Assembly (NCBI GenBank): GCA_963674595.2
Contig: CAXXFV010000003.1
Coordinates: forward strand, 96,001-160,000
Source: a bacterium
Lineage (GTDB): Bacteria > Zhuqueibacterota > Zhuqueibacteria > Residuimicrobiales > Krinioviventaceae
Direction of reading: 5' to 3'
Length of the DNA: 64,000 nt
The notes under the pieces are model-generated. The model ran no database searches. It was given only the letters and a program-made list of their open reading frames with translations, and was not told the origin of the DNA. How positions within the stretch are numbered: the first letter of the stretch is position 1; each line of letters starts with the position of its first letter. Of this stretch, positions 26,809-36,509 are shown piece after piece. The position numbers were made by a program, and so were the translations under genes.

Positions 26809-27435
26809 TTAATTGTTTTGGTTGGCAAGCCATGGTTTTAATTGATTGACTGTGGGATATTCAAGTTGTTTAGAAGCCATCCACTTCATGGCAGTAAACC
26901 CGCCACCATTTGTGTCAAAATCGATAATTCCAAAAATCAGTTTTCCCATAAGGGCAGAATCGGTTTGATGAGGATTTGGTAATTGTTCACCAAACATACT
27001 CCTGGCCCATTGCCGTTTAAAAGTATCATTTTTCCCTTGCCGGTTCCATTGGACGTGCAAGATTAAAATGTGATCCGGAAACACTTCTTTACATATCTGT
27101 ATTTGAATAGCGACCTTGAAAGAACCAGGCCTTTTCATGCCGATAAAAGGTTTGTAATCTTCCAGAAGAATAAATTCAACCTTGTACTCTTTTTTTATCT
27201 GTTCCAATAAAAGCTTGTATTGCTGAGTGTTTTTAAAGGGTAAATTCTTTGAACAAACCTTTGATCCGATACCGTCAAAAATACTGATACCGCCGGGATT
27301 GCCCGGATCAATAGCTCCCCAAAATCTGTTTAAATTCGACATCGCCTCCGTCTTTTGAGGCTCCAACAAAGCTGCAATAGAACTATTCTGCAATCGAATC
27401 ATGTCAAACTCCTGTTTTCTTTCCCAAATCATCAC
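26809..27435 (-). CDS. RuvC-like Holliday junction resolvase
   Basis: GAIDPGNPGG, ILLEDY, HQTDSALMG. Confidence 0.65.
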   Translation of the reverse strand: MMIWERKQEFDMIRLQNSSIAALLEPQKTEAMSNLNRFWGAIDPGNPGGISIFDGIGSKVCSKNLPFKNTQQYKLLLEQIKKEYKVEFILLEDYKPFIGMKRPGSFKVAIQIQICKEVFPDHILILHVQWNRQGKNDTFKRQWARSMFGEQLPNPHQTDSALMGKLIFGIIDFDTNGGGFTAMKWMASKQLEYPTVNQLKPWLANQNN

Positions 27436-28109
27436 CTTTGAGATTCGCCTTGAATCTCTACATATTTAAACAACTTTTTATCCGACCAGCGGTCAACTAC
27501 ACGGGTGTATATTTCTATCTCTCTCAGTTGTTTACTGTCAAGATTTGTAGTGATGATAGTCGGTAATAAATTCGCGTACCGGTATTCCACAAAATCCTCA
27601 AATGAGGATACCGGAAAATCATGTTGATATTCTCTACCAAAATCATCAAGCAATAACAGCCTGCATTTTTTAAATTCATCAACCACCTTGTTTTTTTCAA
27701 AAAATAAACTGAAAATATGGTTGATAGAGGCAAACTTGACAGTACAAAACGGCTTGTATTTAACGGGATACCAGCCATCATTAAACTCGGATTTTGTAAT
27801 TTCACCCAAACCAAAAACAGATTTGGCGATATAACACAGGGCCGTTGTTTTACCGACTCCGACACTTCCACTAAAAACGATCCCTTGACCGGTACGAATA
27901 TTTTCTGCTAAATTTTTAACATAATTGAAAACAACAGAACTACCGACAAGCCTTTTTTTGTCAGTATCCCAATACATTCGACCGATACCAATTTCCAGCA
28001 AAAACGCTCGCAATTTTTCAGAGCGAAATGACTCGAACCGTTTGTTCTCCAAATCCTCGCGTTGCTGTCGGTCGAGTTGTTTGTTTCTTATAATTTCCGG
28101 TATTGCCAT
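27432..28109 (-). CDS. DnaC/IstB-like AAA+ helicase loader
   Basis: GSVGVGKT, LLLLDDFG, RY..LLPTIITTNL, RVVDR. Confidence 0.85.
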   Translation of the reverse strand: MAIPEIIRNKQLDRQQREDLENKRFESFRSEKLRAFLLEIGIGRMYWDTDKKRLVGSSVVFNYVKNLAENIRTGQGIVFSGSVGVGKTTALCYIAKSVFGLGEITKSEFNDGWYPVKYKPFCTVKFASINHIFSLFFEKNKVVDEFKKCRLLLLDDFGREYQHDFPVSSFEDFVEYRYANLLPTIITTNLDSKQLREIEIYTRVVDRWSDKKLFKYVEIQGESQR

Positions 28110-28926
28110 TTTTTAATTTCCTCATGTATTTAGCAATGTTTGTTTTTGCAAAACCGATTGGTTTTGAAGGATTTATCAACATGAATAATCCTCCATTATT
28201 GACAAACCAGTCTTCTGCCTTGATGTTATCCACAGCAGTTTTCAATGCCTGAAAACCTGTCACGCCCCCTATCATATCCCCTGTACAAATAAGCTTTAAC
28301 CTCTTGTAAAGCAAATAATAAGGATCATCTTCTTTAAACTGATTTTTCTCAAGCATTGCTTTGTATTCAGGGTGAACATTTAAAAAAGATTCGATAATTT
28401 GGAAATCCTGAAGAGGAATCGTATTATAATTTCCTTTACTTTCCTTTTCTTTACTTTCCTTTTCTTTCCTTTGTGAATTAATGTTTACATTTTCGCGATT
28501 AATGTTGACATCAATTCTATTTATGTTGACATTTTGATCACCTAGTAAATAGTAATCTTCTTTCATATCAACATCCTTTCGTCTCTTTGTCGCTTCGATA
28601 TATCTTTTTTGGATCCCCCGACTTGTAAGAATCTGGAACCTATCAAAAATAGTTTTATCAAAAAAACCACGTCGGATCAATTCACTAACCACGCTACTCA
28701 CTAACGCATCTGTGACTCCATCACCCACACGTTTCGCAAATAACAAGCTTTCATCTTTTCCCCATTTAATATAGTATCCATTTCTATATATGCGACAAAG
28801 CAACTTTACAGCTATAATTTCACCCTTAATACCAAACTTTGCACTTATAAACTCTATCTTTTCATCCTCGAAAAAATCAACATCAAATGAAAAATAATCT
28901 AATCCAGACTTTAGAACGTTCGCCAT
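28018..28926 (-). CDS. Phage replication initiator (DUF4373/Lin1244-like)
   Basis: GLDYFSFDVDFFEDEKI...KFGIKG, ILTSRGIQKRY; internal iteron-like repeats; precedes the DnaC-like gene. Confidence 0.8.
   Translation of the reverse strand: MANVLKSGLDYFSFDVDFFEDEKIEFISAKFGIKGEIIAVKLLCRIYRNGYYIKWGKDESLLFAKRVGDGVTDALVSSVVSELIRRGFFDKTIFDRFQILTSRGIQKRYIEATKRRKDVDMKEDYYLLGDQNVNINRIDVNINRENVNINSQRKEKESKEKESKGNYNTIPLQDFQIIESFLNVHPEYKAMLEKNQFKEDDPYYLLYKRLKLICTGDMIGGVTGFQALKTAVDNIKAEDWFVNNGGLFMLINPSKPIGFAKTNIAKYMRKLKNGNTGNYKKQTTRPTATRGFGEQTVRVISL
28477..28536. repeat. Three 21-bp-periodic repeats with palindromic core ATGTT(G/T)ACAT (putative phage origin iterons)
   Basis: Units at 28477, 28498 and 28519, adjacent to purine-rich 15-bp repeats at 28431-28471. 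Confidence 0.6.
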
Positions 28927-28970
28927 TCAGATATTCCTTTTCCATTTGTTTGTGTCTGTCAGACGGATCA

Positions 28971-29459
28971 TTAATTGTTGTCCTCGTCCGCTTCGATCTG
29001 CTCGATCGATTCTTCCTGCACGTCCAATTCATCCTGGTCGGTAAAATCATTAACGCCAATATCTATAGTTTCATTGTCGTTTTCCTGCTCATCATCAACT
29101 ATGTAAAAATCCGGATCGTCGTTTTCTTCATTTACTTCACTGAATTCGGCATCTTCAATATCACCGTTGTTTTCAGAAAGCATCAAAGGTTCCTGAGATT
29201 CCGGCTCCGGCTCGGCTTCGGGCTGTTCTGAATCAAAATCAAACTCTGCTTGTTCTTTATCCTTGTATTGTTTAAATAAATCCAACTGAGGGTCTTGAAT
29301 AAGAACTTCGACTGTAACATTTTGCATTTCTGATAGCTGTGAAAACTTTTCAAAGTCTCTTACGGTCCATTTGATAACCAACTTTCCTTCTATACCTTCA
29401 CCTTTTCGGGCACTAATGACCTGCTCAATAGTCCCTTTTAATTTTACTTCGCCTTGCAT
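28971..29459 (-). CDS. Hypothetical phage protein with acidic tail
   Basis: ORF track 28971..29531; likely start MQGEVK at 29459. Confidence 0.6.
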   Translation of the reverse strand: MQGEVKLKGTIEQVISARKGEGIEGKLVIKWTVRDFEKFSQLSEMQNVTVEVLIQDPQLDLFKQYKDKEQAEFDFDSEQPEAEPEPESQEPLMLSENNGDIEDAEFSEVNEENDDPDFYIVDDEQENDNETIDIGVNDFTDQDELDVQEESIEQIEADEDNN

Positions 29460-29485
29460 TTTTTTCTCACTTTCGATTTTTATTG

Positions 29486-29734
29486 TTAAATGCCTCTGTA
29501 CAAGTTTCTCGAATTTTCCAACAAACGACATGCAAGATAATGCATCGCAGCTTGTGGCAAACTATTTTTTAAAGCGTTGTACATTTTGTCGGCAACATCC
29601 CTGTAGAAATCAACCAATTCATCCAACTTTAATGCACCCATTTCAGGCAATTTTTCGTTTATATGAATAATTGTATCCGGAACAGCTTCATTATTTGTTA
29701 TTGGATCTGCTTTTGGTACATGAATTTCAACCAT
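29486..29734 (-). CDS. Hypothetical phage protein
   Basis: AGGTG RBS; co-oriented within the early operon. Confidence 0.55.
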   Translation of the reverse strand: MVEIHVPKADPITNNEAVPDTIIHINEKLPEMGALKLDELVDFYRDVADKMYNALKNSLPQAAMHYLACRLLENSRNLYRGI

Positions 29735-29754
29735 ATTTTTTCACCTTTCACTTT

Positions 29755-30072
29755 TCAAACCACTCTTTTACGAGCGAACCGTCCGCCGCGTCTTGGTAAA
29801 GGCTTCCAACCGGCTGCACGATCACTTTTAATCATCCTCACAACATCATCAATGTGTTTCTTTTTCAAAGCAAGAAAAGCCGTAACGCACTCCCCGCCGA
29901 TGAACCACCAACCTTCACCTTTCTCCGGAGGATTATACTCCCAGGTTTTCAGTTTTTTAACTTCCCGGTGTAATCCGTTAGTATCGCCCTGCCAGTCACC
30001 AACCTGACCGCGCTTTGCTTTTTCCAATTTCCAGAAAATACCGCCGCATGGAGCTTTTTCTATAATCATCAC
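29755..30072 (-). CDS. Hypothetical phage protein
   Basis: AAGGA RBS; co-oriented within the early operon. Confidence 0.55.
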   Translation of the reverse strand: MMIIEKAPCGGIFWKLEKAKRGQVGDWQGDTNGLHREVKKLKTWEYNPPEKGEGWWFIGGECVTAFLALKKKHIDDVVRMIKSDRAAGWKPLPRRGGRFARKRVV

Positions 30073-30131
30073 AATTCCTTCATTTTAATCCGGGCCGCCG
30101 TAGTTAAACAACGACCCGGGCGGGTGAAAAC

Positions 30132-31319
30132 TTACAATAACGATCCCTGTTTGCTCCACTCTTCACGGACCTTAGTGAAAACAAGAATGGTATTTTGTTT
30201 GACTTGATCGTTCATCTGAGTACTGAGAAGTTCATCGATTGATGAGTAACCAAGAGTACCGATTGTGTCACTAATGACATTGGCCGGTAACCCCTTTACT
30301 AATTCTTTTACTTTATCGGAAAAGGTAACTTTTTTATCAGGCTGACTCGGTTTTTCTTCCTGAGTATTTTGGCTGCCGGCAGGTTCGGATGGTTGTTGAA
30401 TTTTGCCGTTCTGTTTTTTCTGTTCCTCGACAACTTCTTCATAGTCGGCATCTTCAACCTGGTCAGCTTCCTTATGATCCCAATCAAATTCGATTTTATT
30501 AAGATCGACTTCTTTGGTGTGTTTATCAAAACTATCAGGAGTTATCACGGCCTCATCAGCAGCGACTTTACGATAATCATCCACCTGTAAAGGCTGCCGT
30601 TTCAAAAGCCGCTTTAACACTGTTTTTCGCCACATTTCCGGTTCATCCGTGTTCCAGGGTGAGTAACTTGAATCTTTTGCCTGGGATTTGGCTTTTACAT
30701 GCAGAATATCTTCACGATTCATCACTTCAAAATCATAAGCCTGATCTTTATATTTGATAATCGCATAAGCATACTTTAAATCTCCCCGGTTCTCCAATGT
30801 CGGTTTGTGCTGTACATCCGGATAAAGTCCGTATTGAAAAGCAAACTTGTCACTCTCATAGACAACATGGGCATATATTGAAGCAACATCACCGGTACGC
30901 CGAATCAGTTGTATAAGCCCCTTGTAACCTATTTGGAATTGAACTTCTTTAGATTTTATGTTCTTATTATAATAAGGAACGAAATAACATTGTCCCAGAT
31001 GCGGCGTAGGGTCCAAATTAAGAATGGATGATTGCAGAACAGCGCCGATAATACTTTGGGCCGTGCAATTTTTAATATCAAGATTTGCACTGATAACAGT
31101 CGTACAAACCTGTAATATACGCTCAGGAGTAACATGATTCGGAAGCACCTGGGCAATCTGTAGTTTATAAGAATCTAAAATATCTCTTATATTGTTTGCC
31201 TTAAGCCCTGACATCGTTCGGGGGACCAGCTTTTCATTTCCGTTTTCACCGTTTGAATTATTACTATTCGTTTTTAAAGCATTTTTAGCTTTATCAGCAA
31301 CAGCCATATTCATATCCAT
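30132..31319 (-). CDS. recT: RecT-family single-strand annealing protein
   Basis: QCYFVPY, QFQIGYKGLIQL, SPWNTDEPEMWRKTVLKRLLK. Confidence 0.92.
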   Translation of the reverse strand: MDMNMAVADKAKNALKTNSNNSNGENGNEKLVPRTMSGLKANNIRDILDSYKLQIAQVLPNHVTPERILQVCTTVISANLDIKNCTAQSIIGAVLQSSILNLDPTPHLGQCYFVPYYNKNIKSKEVQFQIGYKGLIQLIRRTGDVASIYAHVVYESDKFAFQYGLYPDVQHKPTLENRGDLKYAYAIIKYKDQAYDFEVMNREDILHVKAKSQAKDSSYSPWNTDEPEMWRKTVLKRLLKRQPLQVDDYRKVAADEAVITPDSFDKHTKEVDLNKIEFDWDHKEADQVEDADYEEVVEEQKKQNGKIQQPSEPAGSQNTQEEKPSQPDKKVTFSDKVKELVKGLPANVISDTIGTLGYSSIDELLSTQMNDQVKQNTILVFTKVREEWSKQGSLL

Positions 31320-31326
31320 GTCCCTC

Positions 31327-32265
31327 CTATCTTAAGCACAGTCTAAAAGTTCGGTACCCGTCTTTGGGCTCAACATACTGATTATAGATATCCGGGTTCT
31401 CTGACTGGAATTTGTCTTTATTAAATTGGTTCCCGTCTTTATTCTTTTTAAAAGTCGCTACTTTTTGACCATGAAATACGATGGTCTCTGCATCGGCCAT
31501 CATGATCTTGAAGGACTCTTTTAATTTGTTTTCACGATCATCAAGTAATTTCTTTGCAGACTGGATACGTTTTAACTTGAGTGCTAAATTGAACGTATTT
31601 TCTGTTGCTTCGATAATTTTCCCGGCTTCTTCTTTTGGATAAAGATATTTGATATCGCTTTCATTTCTCGGTTCCGGGGGATTTTGTTTGACAATATGAT
31701 CTTCCCAAAAACCTACGAGCTGGTCCGTCATCAAATCAACAAACTCTTTATCATATTCAACTGGGATAACCTGAAAGTCACGACCGTCAACAAGGACGGC
31801 AAACTCACCCCATTTATGACCGGTAACACTAAAATAATGCTGTATCTGTGAATAATATTGCAAAGGTAAACCGTCATCTGCCCAGCTTTTAAATGCCCAG
31901 CCCGAAGCGGTTTTAACTTCCAAAACTCCGGTCCCTTTACCGTTTCCATTAGCTGTAATCAACCGGTCAATGTTTGCAATTAAAAATTCATGTTTTGAAT
32001 GGATTCGGATTTTATTGTCCTTTTGGATTTTATGGCCGGTCTCCTCGGAATACCATCGGGCAACCGTATCCTCCAGCATGCGCCCGGCTTTCATCGCGTC
32101 ATTATCCTCAACTCTCTGGCCTTCGATCTTTTCACGATAAACATCAAGGGGAGTTTTCCAGGGATTTAATCCGAGAACAGCACCAACATCTGATCCGCCT
32201 AAGCCTTTACGGTGCAGGTCCTGCCAATCTTCATAGCTCATTGCTCTTTTATCTATACTTTTCAT
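31327..32265 (-). CDS. YqaJ-like viral recombinase exonuclease
   Basis: RKGLGGSDVGAVLGLNPWKTP, ANIDR, LEVKT, YYSQIQHY. Confidence 0.92.
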   Translation of the reverse strand: MKSIDKRAMSYEDWQDLHRKGLGGSDVGAVLGLNPWKTPLDVYREKIEGQRVEDNDAMKAGRMLEDTVARWYSEETGHKIQKDNKIRIHSKHEFLIANIDRLITANGNGKGTGVLEVKTASGWAFKSWADDGLPLQYYSQIQHYFSVTGHKWGEFAVLVDGRDFQVIPVEYDKEFVDLMTDQLVGFWEDHIVKQNPPEPRNESDIKYLYPKEEAGKIIEATENTFNLALKLKRIQSAKKLLDDRENKLKESFKIMMADAETIVFHGQKVATFKKNKDGNQFNKDKFQSENPDIYNQYVEPKDGYRTFRLCLR

Positions 32266-32298
32266 CTTGTCACCTTTTCAGTTAAATTCTGTCGCATC

Positions 32299-32625
32299 TT
32301 AAAAATTTGTTTCAAAAAGACCGGTTTCCTGATCATACTCTACATCAAACCTTCTTTTGCAGCAGCCGACAGGACACTTTATGGATTTCGTTTTTCCGGA
32401 TTTAACACGGTCCTCAATTCCTGAATCCAAAAAACCATCCACAACAGCGCCGCAATGCGGACAAATGATATTAAAAGCCTTTGTGTCGATTTCTTCTACT
32501 TCAGGAACATCAAATGGCGCGACGAATAATGGATTTGTCCAACCGTCATCATTATTATTATACATTTTCAGGTCCTCCATCCTGTCCGCGTTCACCGGTA
32601 CGATCATACAGGTACAAATCTTCAC
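32299..32625 (-). CDS. Small Zn-ribbon phage protein
   Basis: CPHCG and CPVGCCK; true start may be downstream (MYNNND). Confidence 0.55.
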   Translation of the reverse strand: MKICTCMIVPVNADRMEDLKMYNNNDDGWTNPLFVAPFDVPEVEEIDTKAFNIICPHCGAVVDGFLDSGIEDRVKSGKTKSIKCPVGCCKRRFDVEYDQETGLFETNF

Positions 32626-32917
32626 AACCCATAATGTTTCTGGCCATGCGAAGCCACCTTAACCGATTAGCACGCCTGATCAAATTTGAAATAATCCGAA
32701 AGTCACCGGCGTCTATCGGTGTCCGTCCGCCTTTACATAAATTGTTCAACCGCCCAATCGTCATCTTTGCCTCCTGAGCGAACCATTCCCTGGTCAATTG
32801 TCTGTTCTGTGAGATGCAATCTTCAATAGCGTTATCAATTTCTGATGCAATAAATCGGAACAATTTCTCCTCCACGGTTGAGATTGTGTCTATATTTTCA
32901 AATTGTTGTTCTTTCAT
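32558..32917 (-). CDS. Hypothetical phage protein, possible HTH
   Basis: WFAQEAKMTIGRLNNLCKG is HTH-like. Confidence 0.5.
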   Translation of the reverse strand: MKEQQFENIDTISTVEEKLFRFIASEIDNAIEDCISQNRQLTREWFAQEAKMTIGRLNNLCKGGRTPIDAGDFRIISNLIRRANRLRWLRMARNIMGCEDLYLYDRTGERGQDGGPENV

Positions 32918-33047
32918 TTCTCTACCCGCTCTTTTAATTGGTTTTTATACTTGACCGTTAATTTTTGCAAATTCTTGTAAAAATTAATTGTACTGCCCAT
33001 TGTAAAAACCATTCACCCGTTGTATATTTAATTGTTTATTTTAAAAA

Positions 33048-33332
33048 TTGAGGTCAATTATGAATGCAAATAAAAAAGAACCCGTTGAATACAATCAGAA
33101 CTTGTCCTGCGAAATCGAATTCGATTTATTGATGATTTTAGAGACGGCAAGTATTTTAGAGAAAGCTTATATTTCTTCATTGTTAAAAAATAAGAATTTC
33201 ACTACCTTAAAATACAAAGGCTGCTCTGGTGTTTATGTTGATGTTCAACAGGCTCTTTGCAGTTCTTTGCTTGATTCACCCTCTGGTTTGATTAGTGGCC
33301 AAACTTCGCAGACCAGGGGGTTTTTATTTTAA
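33048..33332 (+). CDS. Hypothetical protein, antisense to the early operon
   Basis: ORF with GAGG RBS before ATG 33060; no recognised motif. Confidence 0.3.
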   Translation: MRSIMNANKKEPVEYNQNLSCEIEFDLLMILETASILEKAYISSLLKNKNFTTLKYKGCSGVYVDVQQALCSSLLDSPSGLISGQTSQTRGFLF

Positions 33333-33452
33333 TTGACCTGAAAATTATAGTTTAACAGGGATCACGGATTTTCAGGCGTGAGCACCGTATATCTGTTAAT
33401 TGTTCTTTGGCATTATACACTTAAAGCCCTTTCAAATCTCAGGCAATTTAAA

Positions 33453-33668
33453 TTAAGGTTCCAGACTAGCGTATGTCATAATATCCGATCTGCTAATACG
33501 CATGGAACCGTCTTTCATGGTTGATATATTTAACAGCCCTTCGTCAACTTTACGCAAAAGGGTTGTCCTGCTCATTGACAATAATTTCATGGCATCGGGT
33601 AATGTGATGTAAAAACATCTGGCTCCGAACTCTTTTTTCCATTCATCAATAAACTGGTTTCGGCTCAT
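33453..33668 (-). CDS. Excisionase-like HTH (HTH_17)
   Basis: YITLPDAMKLLSMSRTTLLRKVDEGLL...MRISRSDI. Confidence 0.7.
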   Translation of the reverse strand: MSRNQFIDEWKKEFGARCFYITLPDAMKLLSMSRTTLLRKVDEGLLNISTMKDGSMRISRSDIMTYASLEP

Positions 33669-33880
33669 TACATTGCACCCTCAATACACAGTGAGCAATA
33701 AGTTGTTTCGCCGTCCGGGCCTTCTTCGATGCTGATTAAACCCGCGTTTTTAAGTTCATTTAAATGACGATCGATATAAGACTCTGTCCGTCTGACAACA
33801 AGCGTAAAGTCGTAAATTTTAACCGATCCGTATTCGTTGATCAGTTTTAAAATTTTTTCATGGTCTTCATTAAGAAGCAT
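33668..33880 (-). CDS. Winged-HTH phage protein
   Basis: ILKLINEYG...SYIDRHLNELKNAGLI. Confidence 0.6.
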   Translation of the reverse strand: MLLNEDHEKILKLINEYGSVKIYDFTLVVRRTESYIDRHLNELKNAGLISIEEGPDGETTYCSLCIEGAM

Positions 33881-34079
33881 TGCTTAACTCCTCAAGTTGT
33901 TCCAAATACTCAATAGCTTTAGGAATTACGTAACAATGGCCGTTCAACATTTGTCTAAATTGGGACCTGTTTATTTGAAGATGATCTGCCACATCTTTTG
34001 CAAAAAGATTATTTTCTAATATAATGCGTTTATATCGAATCCTTTCGCGGGGTTCCAATATTTTATGCTCATTATCCAT
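33870..34079 (-). CDS. Cro-like HTH regulator
   Basis: KDVADHLQINRSQFRQMLNG; first gene of the leftward operon, divergent from the repressor. Confidence 0.7.
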   Translation of the reverse strand: MDNEHKILEPRERIRYKRIILENNLFAKDVADHLQINRSQFRQMLNGHCYVIPKAIEYLEQLEELSNAS

Positions 34080-34285
34080 TTCTTACCTTTTGTTATTTTT
34101 CGTTGACTTTAAACTATTTTTTCTTTACAATAAAAAACGGGCATAGCCGTAAAAATGGCTTTGCGTTGTTTTTTCCCTCGGCCCTGAGGATCGCCAAATC
34201 AGAAGGGCCGAGAATTTAATGTAAATCGTTCTTTATTGTGGATTGTCCACTATTACCGATAACTATTGTTAATATATCATAATAA

Positions 34286-34690
34286 ATGACAATGTCAAGT
34301 AAAAAATACAATAATAATATTTTCTTTGAAAATATTACACAATTACGCAAAGAAAAAGGCTGGTCGCAAAATAGATTAGCGATTGAATGTGATGTATCAA
34401 CCTCATTTATGACCAACATCAAAAACGGTGCGCACCCTTCTGCAACCCTTTTGTATAACTTGTTTAATATTTTTTCAGACGAAACAAAAATATTAAATCC
34501 CATTTGGCTTTTTTACAATGAAGGCCCACAATACTTGTTTCTAAAAAAAGAAAATATTTTAAAATCAGATCCGCTTCAAAACGAACCTGACAAAATAGTG
34601 CAGGCTGTTAAAAATATTCGCGCCATGCCGGAAGAAAAACAAGACGCCGTGATACATATTTTAAACGGTATTTTCTTACTCAATAAATAA
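34286..34690 (+). CDS. CI-like XRE-family repressor (no peptidase domain)
   Basis: ENITQLRKEKGWSQNRLAIECDVSTSFMTNIKNG...NPIWLFYNEGP. Confidence 0.8.
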   Translation: MTMSSKKYNNNIFFENITQLRKEKGWSQNRLAIECDVSTSFMTNIKNGAHPSATLLYNLFNIFSDETKILNPIWLFYNEGPQYLFLKKENILKSDPLQNEPDKIVQAVKNIRAMPEEKQDAVIHILNGIFLLNK

Positions 34691-34787
34691 TAAAAAATTG
34701 AAATAATATTAGGTCGGATATAAAAAGAGAAAATAAAGGCAGCAAAACATTTGTCGGTTATTAATGGTCTGCTGCCACTTTTCGAAG

Positions 34788-34964
34788 CTAATAAATCTTT
34801 TTTAACATATTCCTGATTTTTGAACACTTGGCGCAAATACAATTTTTGTAATTAATACTTGAATAGTCTTTCAATTTTGTGCACAATCCGAAGCACATTA
34901 ATTCCAAATTTTCCAGCTCCATTATAATCGACTCGCATATCATAGCGCGCTCGGACTCACTCAT
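34788..34964 (-). CDS. Small Cys-rich protein (58 aa), not in ORF track
   Basis: GGAAGG RBS; MSESERAMICESIIMELENLELMCFGLCTKLKDYSSINYKNCICAKCSKIRNMLKKIY. Confidence 0.4.
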   Translation of the reverse strand: MSESERAMICESIIMELENLELMCFGLCTKLKDYSSINYKNCICAKCSKIRNMLKKIY

Positions 34965-35360
34965 ACAAATATTCCCTTCCTTTTTTATTTGAATAATTTA
35001 AATAGACTTCAAAAAATACAAAAAATATGCCAAAACTACGGGGTGGATATGGATAAGTTATTTATCTATCTATTGTAGTTCACATCACTATTTGCAAAAA
35101 ATCTTAAAATCCATTTTATTGATTTATGCGGGGAGATGATATTTTAATTCAAAATGAAAATAATGCTTTTGCACATTGGTTTGGTACGAACATAGAAACA
35201 AACAGTTATGGTTACAAAGATGAAATTATCCCTGGTGAAATAGAATACAAAATTGTACAAATCGATCATGATTACGCTACAATCGGGTATGGCACAGTCG
35301 TTGTTGCAAACGAATTTAAATTTAAAAACATTAACTGAAAAAAATAATATTGGTGAAATA

Positions 35361-36410
35361 ATGGCACATATACATCCGATAAAAGGTAAAAATGGAATTT
35401 CCTACAGAATAGATTATTATGTGGACGGAAAAAAAAGATACCACACTGTAAGCTATAAAGAGAAAAAAACTCTAAAAGAAATCAAACGAATTGCCGCGGA
35501 ATTAGAACTTAAAGCCGAACCGCTTGATCTCAGCGATCTAACGCTAAAACAATTCTATGATAAATGTCTCGAAAATCTGGAAGTTGATTTGTCCCCGGAA
35601 TCAATCAGATCAATAAAAAATAAATTCAAACCGTTTCTATTTTTTGCAGGTGAAAATATTAAAATAAACCTGATTACGCACCATTTTATTCATGAATATA
35701 AAAAGTGGTTATTCGAAAGAAACATGGAGAAATCAAATGATGAAGAAAAAACAAAAAGAGGGGTAAACGCCAATCTTAATATTCTTAGATGGGTTTTTAA
35801 TGAAGGGTATAGGCAGGATTTAATTAAAAATAAAATTTTCGACAAAGTTACTTTTTTAAAGGCTCAAGAGTATATAGCAGATTTTTTAACAAGGGATGAG
35901 GCGAGAACATTTTACAAACATTTGCCGGAGCGGAAAGAGGACAGGTTTTTTTATATTGTTTTGAAATATACTGGGATGAGAAGAAACGAAGTGTTGCTGT
36001 TAAAAGAAAAAGATATGGACGTTAAAAATGATCTTATTATTTTGCGTCATCGAAAAAATAAAAAGCCTATAACAAAACCTATGCACCTGATTGTTAAAAA
36101 AATATTAATGCAATGGGAAATTTTAACAGGTGATAAGGAAAGAAAACTTTTCTCTTTTCATCATGAATCGATAACGAAAATATTCAGGCGGGCTCTTAAT
36201 GAGGCAGGGCTTGAGGATAAAAAAGCGGCTGTTCATATACTCAGGCACACATACGGGACTCGGATAATGGAAACATACCAAAACGATCTTGATAGCGGGG
36301 AGAGATTAACTCAGGAATTGCTTGGTCATAAAAACATAAAATCAACTAGGCGTTATACTCACCTCGTCAGAAAAATATTAAAAGACAAGCATAGTAAAGT
36401 AAAATTTTAG
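35361..36410 (+). CDS. int: Phage tyrosine integrase
   Basis: Start moved to ATG 35361. Motifs TGMRRNE, HILRHTY, LLGH, TRRYTH; followed by TCTACAAA direct repeats (arm-type sites) and a tRNA fragment. Confidence 0.92.
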   Translation: MAHIHPIKGKNGISYRIDYYVDGKKRYHTVSYKEKKTLKEIKRIAAELELKAEPLDLSDLTLKQFYDKCLENLEVDLSPESIRSIKNKFKPFLFFAGENIKINLITHHFIHEYKKWLFERNMEKSNDEEKTKRGVNANLNILRWVFNEGYRQDLIKNKIFDKVTFLKAQEYIADFLTRDEARTFYKHLPERKEDRFFYIVLKYTGMRRNEVLLLKEKDMDVKNDLIILRHRKNKKPITKPMHLIVKKILMQWEILTGDKERKLFSFHHESITKIFRRALNEAGLEDKKAAVHILRHTYGTRIMETYQNDLDSGERLTQELLGHKNIKSTRRYTHLVRKILKDKHSKVKF

Positions 36411-36476
36411 TCTACAAAATATCTACAAATTAAAAAATTGATTAATAAAAATAATGTGTTATACCCCAGTGATTTT

Positions 36477-36509
36477 GAAGCTTGCATTCTACCGCTGAAT
36501 TACTCCCGC
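36477..36509 (-). pseudogene. 5' half of tRNA-Gly (probably CCC), interrupted in the anticodon loop = prophage att junction
   Basis: Minus strand GCGGGAG TA ATTC AGCGGTA GAAT G CAAGC TT C then non-tRNA sequence; sigma70-like promoter TTGATT-N16-TATATT upstream. Confidence 0.8.

Larger units (their letters stand above)
15921..36476. mobile_element. Defective prophage (integration, immunity, recombination, replication and packaging modules; head, tail and lysis genes absent from window)
   Basis: Integrase next to a tRNA fragment, divergent cI/cro, YqaJ/RecT, DUF4373 initiator with DnaC-like loader, terS/terL and a truncated portal, in lambdoid order. Confidence 0.9.

Noticed and set aside
3335-36476. 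Spacers targeting the adjacent prophage
   Set aside because: No full-length match found by eye. This is not exhaustive; a BLASTn-short search is needed.
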